Source: an uncultured bacterium (GTDB lineage Bacteria > Patescibacteriota > Patescibacteriia > Patescibacteriales > SZUA-104). From it: a stretch of 53,464 nt of DNA. How positions within the stretch are numbered: position 1 is the first letter of the stretch; each line of letters opens with the position of its first letter. A program made the translations under genes and the position numbers. Positions 9,534 to 18,907 of this stretch are shown in pieces. Location: positions 1-53,464 of the forward strand of contig CAJVWV010000002.1 in the NCBI GenBank assembly GCA_913009695.1, given 5' to 3'. Under the pieces are notes generated by a model. That model did not search any database, was not told where the DNA came from, and saw nothing but the letters and a program-made list of their open reading frames with translations.

Positions 9534-10550
9534 TTAGCATATCCTCGGAATAAGCTTCCCCTTCGGCATTTCAATCGGCCTTAAACTCCCTAAATTTGTC
9601 TTTAAAAATACGCCACTGCCTTTTTCGGCGATTCCAACCACTTTAGCATCTTTATTAAAATTTTTCAAGATCTTTAAAGCCCTATTAACATTATTACCTG
9701 AAACAGCGGCAATAAACCTTCCTTCTGACGCTAAAGAAAAAATATCAATTCCCAATAATTCCGATATGGCTGTAGTTTCTTTTTTGTATGGTAAATTATC
9801 TTCGTCTAATACTATTTTCACTTTTGACTTCTCGGCCATTTCCACTAAATTCGCGGACAGTCCGCCACGAGTCGGATCTTTACAGGCGTTTAAATATTTA
9901 CCAACTTTTTCCAATTCTTTATTCAAAGGTTTTGAGTCACTTTTAATTTTTGTTTTGTAATTAAATCTTTTAGATAAAAGCGCGACCGCGTGCTCGCCCA
10001 AATCTCCAGAAGCGATAATTACATCCCCTATTTTAATTCCATTATTAGGAATTATTTTTTTAGCTATTCCAACACCGGAGGTTGTAATTTCAATTTTATC
10101 AATCTTTCCTTTCTCGGTTACCTTTGTATCTCCGGTTACGACCGGTACGCCGGATTCTTGAGATATTTTATTTATAGAAGAAATAATTTTCATTAAATCT
10201 TTTTTTAAAAAACCCTCCTCTATTACTATGCTTAAAGAAATGCCCAAAGGCTTCGCTCCCATAACCGCTAAATCATTTATAGTACCGCACATGGCAATTT
10301 TTCCTATATCTCCTCCGGAAAAAAATATCGGATCAACAATAAAAGCATCAGTCGTGAAAACCAACCTATTGCCTCCTCTCCTTGCTAAGGAGAGAATTGA
10401 GGTGAGGTCTAAAATAGCCGCGTCATCTTCACAGTTCTGCCACTTTCCTTTGTACTTCAATATGCCACGAATATCTTTTAATAGTTCCCATGATTTATAT
10501 CCACCGCCACCATGATCTAATTCAATTGTTTGTTTTTTATCTTGATTCAT
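9534..10550 (-). CDS. hypE: Hydrogenase maturation protein HypE
   Basis: HGGGG, FTTDAF, GTINDLAVMGA, TGDTKV, DPTRGGL and C-terminal PRIC; start set at ATG 10550. Confidence 0.93.
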   Translation of the reverse strand: MNQDKKQTIELDHGGGGYKSWELLKDIRGILKYKGKWQNCEDDAAILDLTSILSLARRGGNRLVFTTDAFIVDPIFFSGGDIGKIAMCGTINDLAVMGAKPLGISLSIVIEEGFLKKDLMKIISSINKISQESGVPVVTGDTKVTEKGKIDKIEITTSGVGIAKKIIPNNGIKIGDVIIASGDLGEHAVALLSKRFNYKTKIKSDSKPLNKELEKVGKYLNACKDPTRGGLSANLVEMAEKSKVKIVLDEDNLPYKKETTAISELLGIDIFSLASEGRFIAAVSGNNVNRALKILKNFNKDAKVVGIAEKGSGVFLKTNLGSLRPIEMPKGKLIPRIC

Positions 10551-10615
10551 AATATAAAACTTAAGTCTATTAAAAATACCATAAAATATAACAATAATCA
10601 ACTAAAAACAAGCTA

Positions 10616-10644
10616 TTGACATAAATATTATAATAATGTATTAT
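10616..10644 (+). promoter_or_regulatory. Sigma70-type promoter of secE-nusG
   Basis: TTGACA-17-TATTAT. Confidence 0.6.
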
Positions 10645-10700
10645 AGTATTAAGTTAAGCAAAGCCGCCCGACAGGGCTGTTTTTTAATACAAATAAAAAT

Positions 10701-10886
10701 ATGGCAAATAAATTGACCAATTATATTAAAGGTTCAGTTGAGGAAATGAAAAAGGTAACTTGGCCGACCAAAAAAGAAACCTATAACTATACATTGCTTG
10801 TTATGGGTATTAGCGTGGCGGTTGCCGCTTTTTTAGGCGCCCTAGACTATATTTTTAACTGGGGGTTAGAGATAATCATAAAGTAG
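10701..10886 (+). CDS. secE: Preprotein translocase subunit SecE
   Basis: EMKKVTWPTKKE plus one TM helix, upstream of nusG. Confidence 0.95.
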   Translation: MANKLTNYIKGSVEEMKKVTWPTKKETYNYTLLVMGISVAVAAFLGALDYIFNWGLEIIIK

Positions 10887-10985
10887 AAAGTTATAAAGTT
10901 CATAAAGTTATAAAGAGTTCCGTTTTATACGCTCCTGCTTAATTAACCTATAACTTTACAAACTTTATAACTTTATAAACTTTTA
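10878..10985. repeat. Inverted array of 7-8-bp AAAGTTAT-type units
   Basis: aaagttataaagttcataaagttataaag ... taactttacaaactttataactttataaacttt between secE and nusG. Confidence 0.8.
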
Positions 10986-10995
10986 ACTAAAGCAT

Positions 10996-11541
10996 ATGGC
11001 TAAACAAACATTAAATCAAGGACGACGTTGGTATGTACTGCATACTTATTCCGGATATGAAGAGAATGTCTCAAATAATCTGCAACAGAGAATTGAATCC
11101 ATGGACATGGAAAATAAAATTTTCAATATACTTATACCGATTGAGAAAAAAATTAAAATAAAAAATGGAAAACGCAAGGTTGTTGAAGAAAAAATTTTTC
11201 CCGGTTACGTCTTGGTGGAAATGATTGTAAATGACGATTCATGGTATGTTGTTAGAAATACGCCAAACGTTACCGGCTTTATCGGCACGGGCACGGTTCC
11301 AACTCCGATTGCTGAAAAAGAAGTAAAAGATCTTCAGAAGCGAATGGGCGTTGAAGAGCCTAAATTTAAAATTGACGTTTCTGTCGGCTCTCCGGTTAGA
11401 ATTACTGACGGTCCGTTTAAAAATCTTGAAGGAAAAATTACTAATATTGACGAAGCTAAGGGCAAAGTTAAAGTATTGGTTTCTATGTTTGGAAGAGAAA
11501 CTCCCGTTGAATTAGACTTTTTACAAATTAAAAAAATATAA
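10996..11541 (+). CDS. nusG: Transcription termination/antitermination factor NusG
   Basis: WYVLHTYSGYE, FPGYVLVEM, VRNTPNVTGF, KOW motif DGPF. Confidence 0.97.
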   Translation: MAKQTLNQGRRWYVLHTYSGYEENVSNNLQQRIESMDMENKIFNILIPIEKKIKIKNGKRKVVEEKIFPGYVLVEMIVNDDSWYVVRNTPNVTGFIGTGTVPTPIAEKEVKDLQKRMGVEEPKFKIDVSVGSPVRITDGPFKNLEGKITNIDEAKGKVKVLVSMFGRETPVELDFLQIKKI

Positions 11542-11620
11542 TAAATATTTATCTTGTTCCCTCTTGGGTGCTTCTACAAGATAAAAATTTTATAATTTTT
11601 AATTTTATAATTTTTAAGAT

Positions 11621-12043
11621 ATGGCTAAAAAAATATTAACTAAAATAAAATTGCAAATCCCAGCCGGGCAGGCTAACCCAGCCCCTCCGGTGGGTCCTGC
11701 TTTGGGCCAACACGGCCTTAACATTCAAGAATTCTGCACGAGGTTTAATGACGCAAGTAAAGATAAAATGGGAGATATTATTCCGGTTGAAATTACTGTT
11801 TACGAGGACAGAACTTATGATTTCATAATGAAAACCCCTCCGGCCGCAGTATTAATTAAAAAAATCGGAAAATTTAAAAAAGGATCAGGAAAAGCTTTAG
11901 TTGAAAAAATCGGATCATTAACCCAAGACCAGCTTAAAGAAATCGCGGAAATTAAAATGCCTGATCTAAATACAGATGATATTGAACAAGCTAAAAAAAT
12001 TATAGCCGGTACTGCAAGACAGATGGGCGTAGAAATAAAGTAA
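11621..12043 (+). CDS. rplK: 50S ribosomal protein L11
   Basis: [24 protein letters not shown]. Confidence 0.97.
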   Translation: MAKKILTKIKLQIPAGQANPAPPVGPALGQHGLNIQEFCTRFNDASKDKMGDIIPVEITVYEDRTYDFIMKTPPAAVLIKKIGKFKKGSGKALVEKIGSLTQDQLKEIAEIKMPDLNTDDIEQAKKIIAGTARQMGVEIK

Positions 12044-12053
12044 TTTTTAATAA

Positions 12054-12145
12054 ACTTCTACCGACTTTTACGGGTTCGCGCGGCTTTAGTCCCGAAGCTT
12101 CGGGATTAAAACCTGCCACACCCTGAGCTAAGGCTCGGTAGAAAT
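12054..12145. repeat. Composite palindromic repeat (TTCTACCGAG family with nested CCCGAAGCTTCGGG element)
   Basis: cttctaccga...tcggtagaa ends; reverse complement resembles 30014-30058; nested 24-mer 12084-12107 is the exact reverse complement of 3122-3145. Confidence 0.75.
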
Positions 12146-12160
12146 AATTTAATAACTAAT

Positions 12161-12196
12161 TTGTGGGAGTTCCGATATTAGAACGCCTCACCACGA
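12161..12196 (+). promoter_or_regulatory. Ribosomal protein L1 autoregulatory leader
   Basis: GTGGGAG...CCTCACCAC stem with asymmetric loop directly before the rplA ATG, the usual L1 operator layout. Confidence 0.6.
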
Positions 12197-12201
12197 AAAG
12201 T

Positions 12202-12873
12202 ATGACAAAAAAAGAGACCACAATTGATTTTGACAAAACAAAATCTTATTCAATTGAAGAAGCAATTGAGTTAACAAAGAAATTATCAAAAACAAAATTT
12301 GACGGATCAGTAGAAGCGCACTTTCGCTTAGGAATTGACGCTAAAAAAGGTGAACAGCAAATAAGAACAGCAATAAGCCTTCCGCACGGAACAGGAAAAA
12401 CCGTTAAAGTCGCCGCCTTTGTTAGTCCTGACAAAGAAAAAGAAGTTAAGGCCGCTGGCGCCGATTTTGTAGGCGGAGAAGATTTAATCGCTGAAATTAA
12501 AAAATCGGAAAAAACTGATTTTCAGGTTGCTGTAGCCGAACCTCTTATGATGAGAAACTTGGCGCAAATCGCTAAAATTCTTGGAACTCGCGGATTAATG
12601 CCTTCTCCTAAAAATGAAACTGTAACTCCGAATCCTGCTAAAGCAGTCACGGAACTTAAAAAAGGAAAAGTTAGTTTTAAAAATGACGACACAGGCAATA
12701 TACACGTAGCGATTGGTAAAGTTTCGTTTGATAATAAAAAACTAGTTGAAAACTATAACATCATCAAAGAAGCAATCGTAAAAGCAAAACCATCAAGCTC
12801 AAAAGGAATTTATATTCAAAATATTTCAGTTAACGCTACAATGGGACCGGGAGTAAAGATAATAATTGAATAA
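12202..12873 (+). CDS. rplA: 50S ribosomal protein L1
   Basis: KFDGSVEAHFRLG, LPHGTGK, LGTRGLMPSPK, TMGPGVK; start set at ATG 12202. Confidence 0.96.
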   Translation: MTKKETTIDFDKTKSYSIEEAIELTKKLSKTKFDGSVEAHFRLGIDAKKGEQQIRTAISLPHGTGKTVKVAAFVSPDKEKEVKAAGADFVGGEDLIAEIKKSEKTDFQVAVAEPLMMRNLAQIAKILGTRGLMPSPKNETVTPNPAKAVTELKKGKVSFKNDDTGNIHVAIGKVSFDNKKLVENYNIIKEAIVKAKPSSSKGIYIQNISVNATMGPGVKIIIE

Positions 12874-12896
12874 CACAAAACTCATAACATAATTTC

Positions 12897-12926
12897 ACAA
12901 AAAGCCGACTTTGTCGGCTTTTTGTT
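12897..12926 (+). terminator. Intrinsic terminator
   Basis: caaaaagccgac-ttt-gtcggctttttg after rplA. Confidence 0.8.
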
Positions 12927-13061
12927 ATGTTCTTTGTTGTGTGTTCCATGTTCCATGACTCGCATTTGCTCTATCCTCTTTCATTTGCTAAAATAATAAG
13001 ACCTTAATAAATTATCCACAAATCAAAATTTTAAATTTTGATTTGTTTTTTCTCTAAAAAT

Positions 13062-13637
13062 ATGGCTAAACTCAAGGATCCGAAAATTACTAGACTTTCA
13101 TGGGATGAATTTTTTATGAATATGGCGATACTAGCCGCAAAACGCGCGGCTTGCCGATACCATGAATGCGGAGCAGTGTATGTAGATAAGTATAAACGTG
13201 TTATTTCAGTAGGCTATAATGGCCCAACTGAAGGCGATTACCATTGTATTGATGTTGGTTGTGCTAAAGTTGACGGCGATCCACAGACAAAAGAATTAAA
13301 ACGCTGTCGCGGCGCCCATGCTGAAATGAACGGAATCGCTAACGCAATTGATACAAAACGATTGCGCGGAGCAACATTATATTCCGCTACTTTCCCCTGC
13401 TATGACTGCATGAAGTCGCTAAACAATGTCGGAATAAAAGAAATTATTTATTTTGAAGAATATTTACGAATTAAAAAAAGTGGGAAAGAAACTGAAAAAG
13501 AAAACGAAGCCAGGGAATTGGCAGATAAACGTAGTATTAAAATACGCAAATATGACGGCAAAATCTATTGCAAGGTAAGTTCCACTGATAAATCGGAGGA
13601 TGGATGCGGGGACTGTTCTTGTAGCGATGAAAATTAA
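13062..13637 (+). CDS. dCMP deaminase (ComEB family)
   Basis: RLSWDEFFM, GYNG, HAEMN, PCYDC zinc motifs. Confidence 0.9.
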   Translation: MAKLKDPKITRLSWDEFFMNMAILAAKRAACRYHECGAVYVDKYKRVISVGYNGPTEGDYHCIDVGCAKVDGDPQTKELKRCRGAHAEMNGIANAIDTKRLRGATLYSATFPCYDCMKSLNNVGIKEIIYFEEYLRIKKSGKETEKENEARELADKRSIKIRKYDGKIYCKVSSTDKSEDGCGDCSCSDEN

Positions 13638-13654
13638 GATTGTTTTTAACTTTT

Positions 13655-13987
13655 TGTTATCATTCCTGCAAAGCCCTCACCCGCCATCGCTCCGCTCGGC
13701 ACCCTCTCCCGCGACAAGCCGCAGGAGAGGGATTGTATGAAAATAATATTTTATTATATATTATAATTTAATAATATTTTAGCCAAATTAAATATGTTAT
13801 TAAACATCTAAACTTTTAAACCAGTTCCCTCTCCCGCGACGCTAGGAGTGGGAGAGGGTCAGGGTGAGGGCTTGGAAGGACGGGATTAAACAAAACGAAC
13901 ATTGCTTTCTATAAACTATCGTTTAATAACAACATTATTACAAATTAACCATAGATTCCGGATAAGCTTCGCTTTCCGGAATGACAA
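13655..13987. repeat. Nested REP-like elements
   Basis: ccctcaccc...ccctctcccgcgac...ggagaggg (13674-13731) and ccctctcccgcgac...gggagagggtcagggtgaggg (13827-13870) inside tcattcctgc (13660) ... attccgga...tccggaatgaca (13955-13986). Confidence 0.7.
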
Positions 13988-13994
13988 ACAACAT

Positions 13995-14573
13995 ATGATC
14001 CTAGGAATAAAAGAACTGCATAAATTAGTTAAAGAAAAAAATTTAGTTGAAAATCTTTGCGAGCGCGAACAAAACAATCCTGAGGGTGCTGGTTTCGATT
14101 TGCGTTTAGGAGAAATTTATGAATTAGAGGGAGACGGTTTTTTAGGCGTAGAAGAACGAGATACACCAAATATAAATCTTATAGCAAAAAACGAAGAAGG
14201 TGGGGATGGAAAACCCTCCTCCGCTGAAGCTACGGCGGGCAAGGAAAATAGCTTTGTTTTTGAGCCTAGAAAATACTATTTAATTAAAACAATGGAAAAA
14301 GTAAATTTACCGACTACCTTGTCAGGAATAATTTTTCCACGCACTACCCTATTTAGATCCGGTCTAGCATTATTTAACGGCATTGTTCAGCCCGGTTACT
14401 CAGGCGAACTTACTTTTGGAATAAGCAACTTAGGAAAATCAAATATTCGCGTTTCTTTCGGAGCTCGCGTAGTTCATATTACCTTTCACGAAGTTCTTGG
14501 AGAAGGCAACCAATACCGGGGGCAATGGCAGGGCGGACGAGTAGCGACCGAGGAAAAAGAAACTCAGGTGTAA
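13995..14573 (+). CDS. dCTP deaminase / trimeric dUTPase family protein
   Basis: GAGFDLRLG, PRTTLFRSG, VQPGYSGEL, YRGQWQG; start set at ATG 13995. Confidence 0.85.
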   Translation: MILGIKELHKLVKEKNLVENLCEREQNNPEGAGFDLRLGEIYELEGDGFLGVEERDTPNINLIAKNEEGGDGKPSSAEATAGKENSFVFEPRKYYLIKTMEKVNLPTTLSGIIFPRTTLFRSGLALFNGIVQPGYSGELTFGISNLGKSNIRVSFGARVVHITFHEVLGEGNQYRGQWQGGRVATEEKETQV

Positions 14574-14748
14574 ATAATAATTTCTAATTTCTAATTCACC
14601 TAACTTCTAATAAAAACTCAAATGACAAAATCCAAATGACAAATCCCTGTCTGCCGACAGGCAGGAATGTCAAATGACTTAATATCAAAATTTAAACATT
14701 TGGATTTTTGATTTGATTTGACATTTGAGCTTTGGATTTTTTAAATAT

Positions 14749-15747
14749 ATGTCACAACACCCTGAATACCAATATCTTAATTTAGCCAAAGATATATTAA
14801 AAAACGGAAGCGATAAAAAACTTTTTTTTACTCCCGAAGTATTAGAAGAATATAAGAAAAAAGGTGAAGATCCTCCTTTTATTCGTTCTGTCTTTGGGCG
14901 CCAAATAAGATTTGACCTTTCTAAAGGGTTTCCCCTTCTAACAACTAAAAAAACTTTTTTTAGAGGAATTTTAATTGAGCTTCTTTGGTTTTTGTCAGGC
15001 AGTACAAATATTAAGCCGTTAGTTGACCAAAACGTCCGTATTTGGGACGAATGGGCATGGAAACGATACCATAAGCATTGTCTTGAGAATGATCCGAAAA
15101 ACGACTTAACGCAAGTTGAATTTATCGCTAAACTAAAAGAATTGCCAGAAGATGATGAATGGGTAAAAAAATGGGGCGATTTAATAATGGTTTACGGAAA
15201 AATGTGGCGCCGTTGGCCAGCCAGCGATGGAAGAGAAATTGACCAACTTGGCTGGGTGATAAAAGGGCTTAAAGATAAACCGTTTAGAAAATCTTACGTT
15301 GTGTCCGGCTGGAATCCTGATTTTATTTACGCCATGGCCTCAAAGGGCAACGTTAACGAAGTCCCTCCTTTCTGCCATACTACTTTTCAATTTGCAGTAA
15401 CAGACGGAAACAAGCTTAATCTCGGTCTTTATCAAAGAAGCGCTGATTTATTTCTAGGCGTTCCTTTTAATATCGCGAGCTACGCCATGCTTCTTTTAAT
15501 GGTAGCTCAAGCTACTGGTCTAGAGCCAGGAGAATTCGTTCATACTTTCGGGGACGTTCACATATACTCTAATCACTTTGACCAAATCAAAGAGCAAATC
15601 GCCAGAGAACCATTCCCATTCCCCAATTTAAAGATCAACTCTGATATAAAAAACATTGACGATTTTAAATTTGAAGATTTTGAATTAGAAAATTACGAAT
15701 CACATCCGCCGCTTAAAGGCGAAATTGCCAATATTGGAGGATACTAA
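14749..15747 (+). CDS. thyA: Thymidylate synthase
   Basis: GFPLLTTKK, ELLWFL, PPFCH, YQRSADLFLGVPFNIASY, GDVHIYSNH. Confidence 0.96.
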   Translation: MSQHPEYQYLNLAKDILKNGSDKKLFFTPEVLEEYKKKGEDPPFIRSVFGRQIRFDLSKGFPLLTTKKTFFRGILIELLWFLSGSTNIKPLVDQNVRIWDEWAWKRYHKHCLENDPKNDLTQVEFIAKLKELPEDDEWVKKWGDLIMVYGKMWRRWPASDGREIDQLGWVIKGLKDKPFRKSYVVSGWNPDFIYAMASKGNVNEVPPFCHTTFQFAVTDGNKLNLGLYQRSADLFLGVPFNIASYAMLLLMVAQATGLEPGEFVHTFGDVHIYSNHFDQIKEQIAREPFPFPNLKINSDIKNIDDFKFEDFELENYESHPPLKGEIANIGGY

Positions 15748-15857
15748 CGCGATAGTCATAAAGTTATAAAGTTCATAAAGTAAAACGGATAATAAAAAGC
15801 CCCGCAAATTCAATAAAAATTGCAAGGGCTATAGCGCATAACAATAATTGTATTTTT

Positions 15858-16007
15858 TTACCATCTGACCCCGAGAAAATGTAAAATAAAAAGTCCAGCG
15901 GCTACCAATAGCCAACTAGCTGTAATAACCCCTCTGGATTGTCCCGAACATCCATATCCCAGACCAATTCCTGCCATCAGATAAGCACTTATTTTTAAAA
16001 GTTCCAT
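15858..16007 (-). CDS. Small two-TM hypothetical protein (49 aa)
   Basis: AAGGAGG RBS before ATG 16007, TTGACT-17-TAACAT promoter, hairpin at about 15797-15831. Confidence 0.55.
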   Translation of the reverse strand: MELLKISAYLMAGIGLGYGCSGQSRGVITASWLLVAAGLFILHFLGVRW

Positions 16008-16178
16008 TATTTTTCCCTCCTTTAATTTATGAAAATATGTTACCAATAAATAATTATTTAGTCAAATGATAAAAATATATAACTTTTACTTTCTGCCACG
16101 GCGCAACAGTGGAAATTTCAAAATTATTATCAGGTTTAATAAAGACTTTATAACTTTACAAACTTTATAGACTCCGCT

Positions 16179-16676
16179 ATGGTTTCAATGATAGCTATCA
16201 CAAATAAAAACAGGGTAATCGGTTATAAAAACCGCTTGCTTTGGGATATTCCGGATGACTTAAAGCATTTTAAAAAAATAACCAAAGGGCATGTTGTTGT
16301 TATGGGAGATAAAACTTTTGAGTCATTAGGACGGCCGCTACCGAACCGCACTAATATTATTATTACAAGAGATAAAGATTATAGAGCGCCAGAATGCGTT
16401 ATTGTACATTCTTTAGAAGATGCGCTTTTACAAGGGAAAAAAGAAGAAGCTAAATTGGGCAATAAAACAGAAGAAATATTTATTATCGGCGGCGGATCAA
16501 TTTATGCTCAAATGTTGCCATTTACCGATAAGCTTTACTTAACTGTTGTTGATGATGAGCCGAAAAACGCAGATACATTTTTTCCGGATTATTCCGAGTT
16601 TAAAAATATTGTTTCAGAGTCTGTTGAATACGAACATAACGGATTAAAATATAAATTTATTGAATTAACAAAATGA
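16179..16676 (+). CDS. folA: Dihydrofolate reductase
   Basis: WDIPDDLKHFK, MGDKTFESLGRPLPNR, IIGGG, ADTFFP. Confidence 0.95.
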   Translation: MVSMIAITNKNRVIGYKNRLLWDIPDDLKHFKKITKGHVVVMGDKTFESLGRPLPNRTNIIITRDKDYRAPECVIVHSLEDALLQGKKEEAKLGNKTEEIFIIGGGSIYAQMLPFTDKLYLTVVDDEPKNADTFFPDYSEFKNIVSESVEYEHNGLKYKFIELTK

Positions 16677-17224
16677 CAAAAAAAATAATCGCCATAATCG
16701 GTCTGCCAGGATCCGGCAAGTCGTCAGCCATAAATTACTTGCAAAAAAAATTAAAATGCCCGAAAGTTTATTTCGGGGAAATTACTTTTGATGAAATGAA
16801 AAAAAGAAATTTAAAAGCAAATCAAAAAAATGAAAAAATGGTTAGGGAGAATTTAAGGAAAAAATACGGAGTTGATTATTACGCCAAAAGGGTAATTGAA
16901 AAAATAGATAGTATAAATGAAAAAATAATTCTGGTGGAAAGTTTATACAGCTGGACTGAATACCTTCTCTTTAAAGAAAAATTTAAAAATAACTTTTATA
17001 CCATTGCCGTTTATTCTTCTCCAAAAACAAGGTACGCACGGCTTAAAAATCGTCCCGAACGACCACTCACGGAAAAAGAAGCTAGGCGCCGAGATTACGC
17101 GCAGATAGAAAATCTAAAGCAGGCTGGTCCGATAGCAATGGCCGATTATACGGTTGATAATAATAGCGGATACGAAGAACTGCATATACAGATTGACAAA
17201 ACAATAGAAGGAGTACTAAAATAA
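16673..17224 (+). CDS. P-loop kinase (UPF0200 / dephospho-CoA-kinase-like NMP kinase fold)
   Basis: GLPGSGKS Walker A; RYARL...RRRDYAQIE...PIAMADY; substrate unknown. Confidence 0.75.
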   Translation: MTKKIIAIIGLPGSGKSSAINYLQKKLKCPKVYFGEITFDEMKKRNLKANQKNEKMVRENLRKKYGVDYYAKRVIEKIDSINEKIILVESLYSWTEYLLFKEKFKNNFYTIAVYSSPKTRYARLKNRPERPLTEKEARRRDYAQIENLKQAGPIAMADYTVDNNSGYEELHIQIDKTIEGVLK

Positions 17225-17280
17225 AATTATTACAATATAAATTAGGGAGGAGTGCTAAAAGCGCTCCTTTGTCGTCTAAA

Positions 17281-18465
17281 ATGTTTTTCTTTAGAAATAA
17301 AATTAAATCAAATAATCTAAATAAAAAATCCCGCCCTGCCTGCCCGCCTTCTTGGAGAGAGCGTAGTCGAAGGGGGAGGTTTATTGTTATTGACGGAACT
17401 GACGGATCCGGAAAAGCTACGCAAACAAAATTATTAGCCCAAAAATTGGAACGAACCGGTTTTGACGTTAAAATAGCCGACTTTCCACAATACGGACAAA
17501 AATCCGCGGGTTTAATTAAAGAATATTTAAATGGAAAGTACGGAGAAGCTGATACAGTTAATCCCTACCACGCTTCTATCTTTTTTGCCTGTGATCGGTA
17601 TGACGCCAGTTTTAAAATAAAAAAATGGCTTAATGAGGGTAGTATTGTAATCTCTGATCGTTACGTAACCGCTAATATGGGACATCAAGGCGGAAAAATA
17701 AAAGATTCGCTTGAACGCAAAGTTTTTTTTGAATGGCTTTATAAGCTTGAGTATGAACTTTTTGAAATACCAAAACCTGATTTAAATATAATTTTACATG
17801 TAGAAACTAACATAGCGCAAAAATTAGTAAACCACAGGGGAAACAAAAAAGATATTCATGAAAAAAATGAAAAGCACCTCGTTAACGCGGAAAAAACTTA
17901 TTTAGAAATTACTAAAACTTTTCCAAATCTTACTTTAATTAAATGCACGGAAAATGGAGAAATAATGACTCGAGACAAAATAAACGATCTTATTTTAGAA
18001 GAAGTTTTAAAATTAATTATTAATAAAGATGAGCAACCCAAGCCTCAGCTTAAAGTTAAGCGGCTAACCAACACTGCTAAAATTCCGCAAAGAGCGCGTA
18101 GCAAGGACGCGGGCATTGATATTTATGCCGACGATAATTATACTTTATTTCCGGGAGACATAGCTAAAGTTAAGACCGGGATTAAATTGCAAATTCCGGA
18201 AGGCCACGCGGGATTAATCTGGGATAAAAGCGGAATAGCCAGACAGAGAATCCACGTAATCGGAGGCGTTATTGATTCAAACTATCGCGGAGAAATTATT
18301 ATACTTATCAAAAACTTATCTGAAGATATTTTTAATATTTCTCGCGGGCAAAAAATAGCTCAAATCTTAATCCAAAAAATTGAAACGCCTAAAATAACTG
18401 AAAATTATATAAACGATGAAACGGAAAGAGGTGAAAATGAATTTGGTAATAATGGACTTTTTTAG
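17281..18465 (+). CDS. tmk: Thymidylate kinase - dUTPase fusion
   Basis: N-half IDGTDGSGKATQ, SDRY, PDL; C-half DAGIDI, DKSG, GVIDSNYRGEI, KIAQ in one frame. Confidence 0.9.
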   Translation: MFFFRNKIKSNNLNKKSRPACPPSWRERSRRGRFIVIDGTDGSGKATQTKLLAQKLERTGFDVKIADFPQYGQKSAGLIKEYLNGKYGEADTVNPYHASIFFACDRYDASFKIKKWLNEGSIVISDRYVTANMGHQGGKIKDSLERKVFFEWLYKLEYELFEIPKPDLNIILHVETNIAQKLVNHRGNKKDIHEKNEKHLVNAEKTYLEITKTFPNLTLIKCTENGEIMTRDKINDLILEEVLKLIINKDEQPKPQLKVKRLTNTAKIPQRARSKDAGIDIYADDNYTLFPGDIAKVKTGIKLQIPEGHAGLIWDKSGIARQRIHVIGGVIDSNYRGEIIILIKNLSEDIFNISRGQKIAQILIQKIETPKITENYINDETERGENEFGNNGLF

Positions 18466-18546
18466 CAATTTAAGATAAGATAAGATAAAATAAATGTTCT
18501 TTATAACAAAATACTTTCAGAAGAAGCCTAAATTTAAGGAGGAATT

Positions 18547-18792
18547 ATGGAAAATTTCGCAATTATTATCGGGGGTATTCTTGAGGCTATTACAGCTTTT
18601 TTTAAAAACCTTCATGAAGAAAAGTAGAGAAAAAAATGGGTTGGGGTATCCTCTTTTGTTCATCCTAAAACAGGAAAATCAGCAACAATCCACAAAAAGG
18701 GTAATAAATACAAATACTACAAAAATGAGTGGAGAGTTCCCGCAAGTTGGGCTCTTACTAAAAAAAGTTTAAAAGCAACAAAGGGCACTTAG
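18547..18792 (+). pseudogene. Small ORF with in-frame TAG
   Basis: AAGGAGG RBS, ATG 18547, MENFAIIIGGILEAITAFFKNLHEEK*RKKWVGVSS...KATKGT*; internal TAG at 18625-18627. Confidence 0.45.
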
Positions 18793-18907
18793 AGCATCCT
18801 TTTTTTTTCTTGCTTTTTTTAGTATCCTATGTTAAGTTGAATAAATCTTTAAGTATAATAGTTCTATAAAATATATTGCTAACATTTTACCTATAAAGGA
18901 GAATTTA

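Noticed and set aside
18494-18772. 92-aa ORF in the track
   Set aside because: The strong RBS points to ATG 18547 in a different frame.
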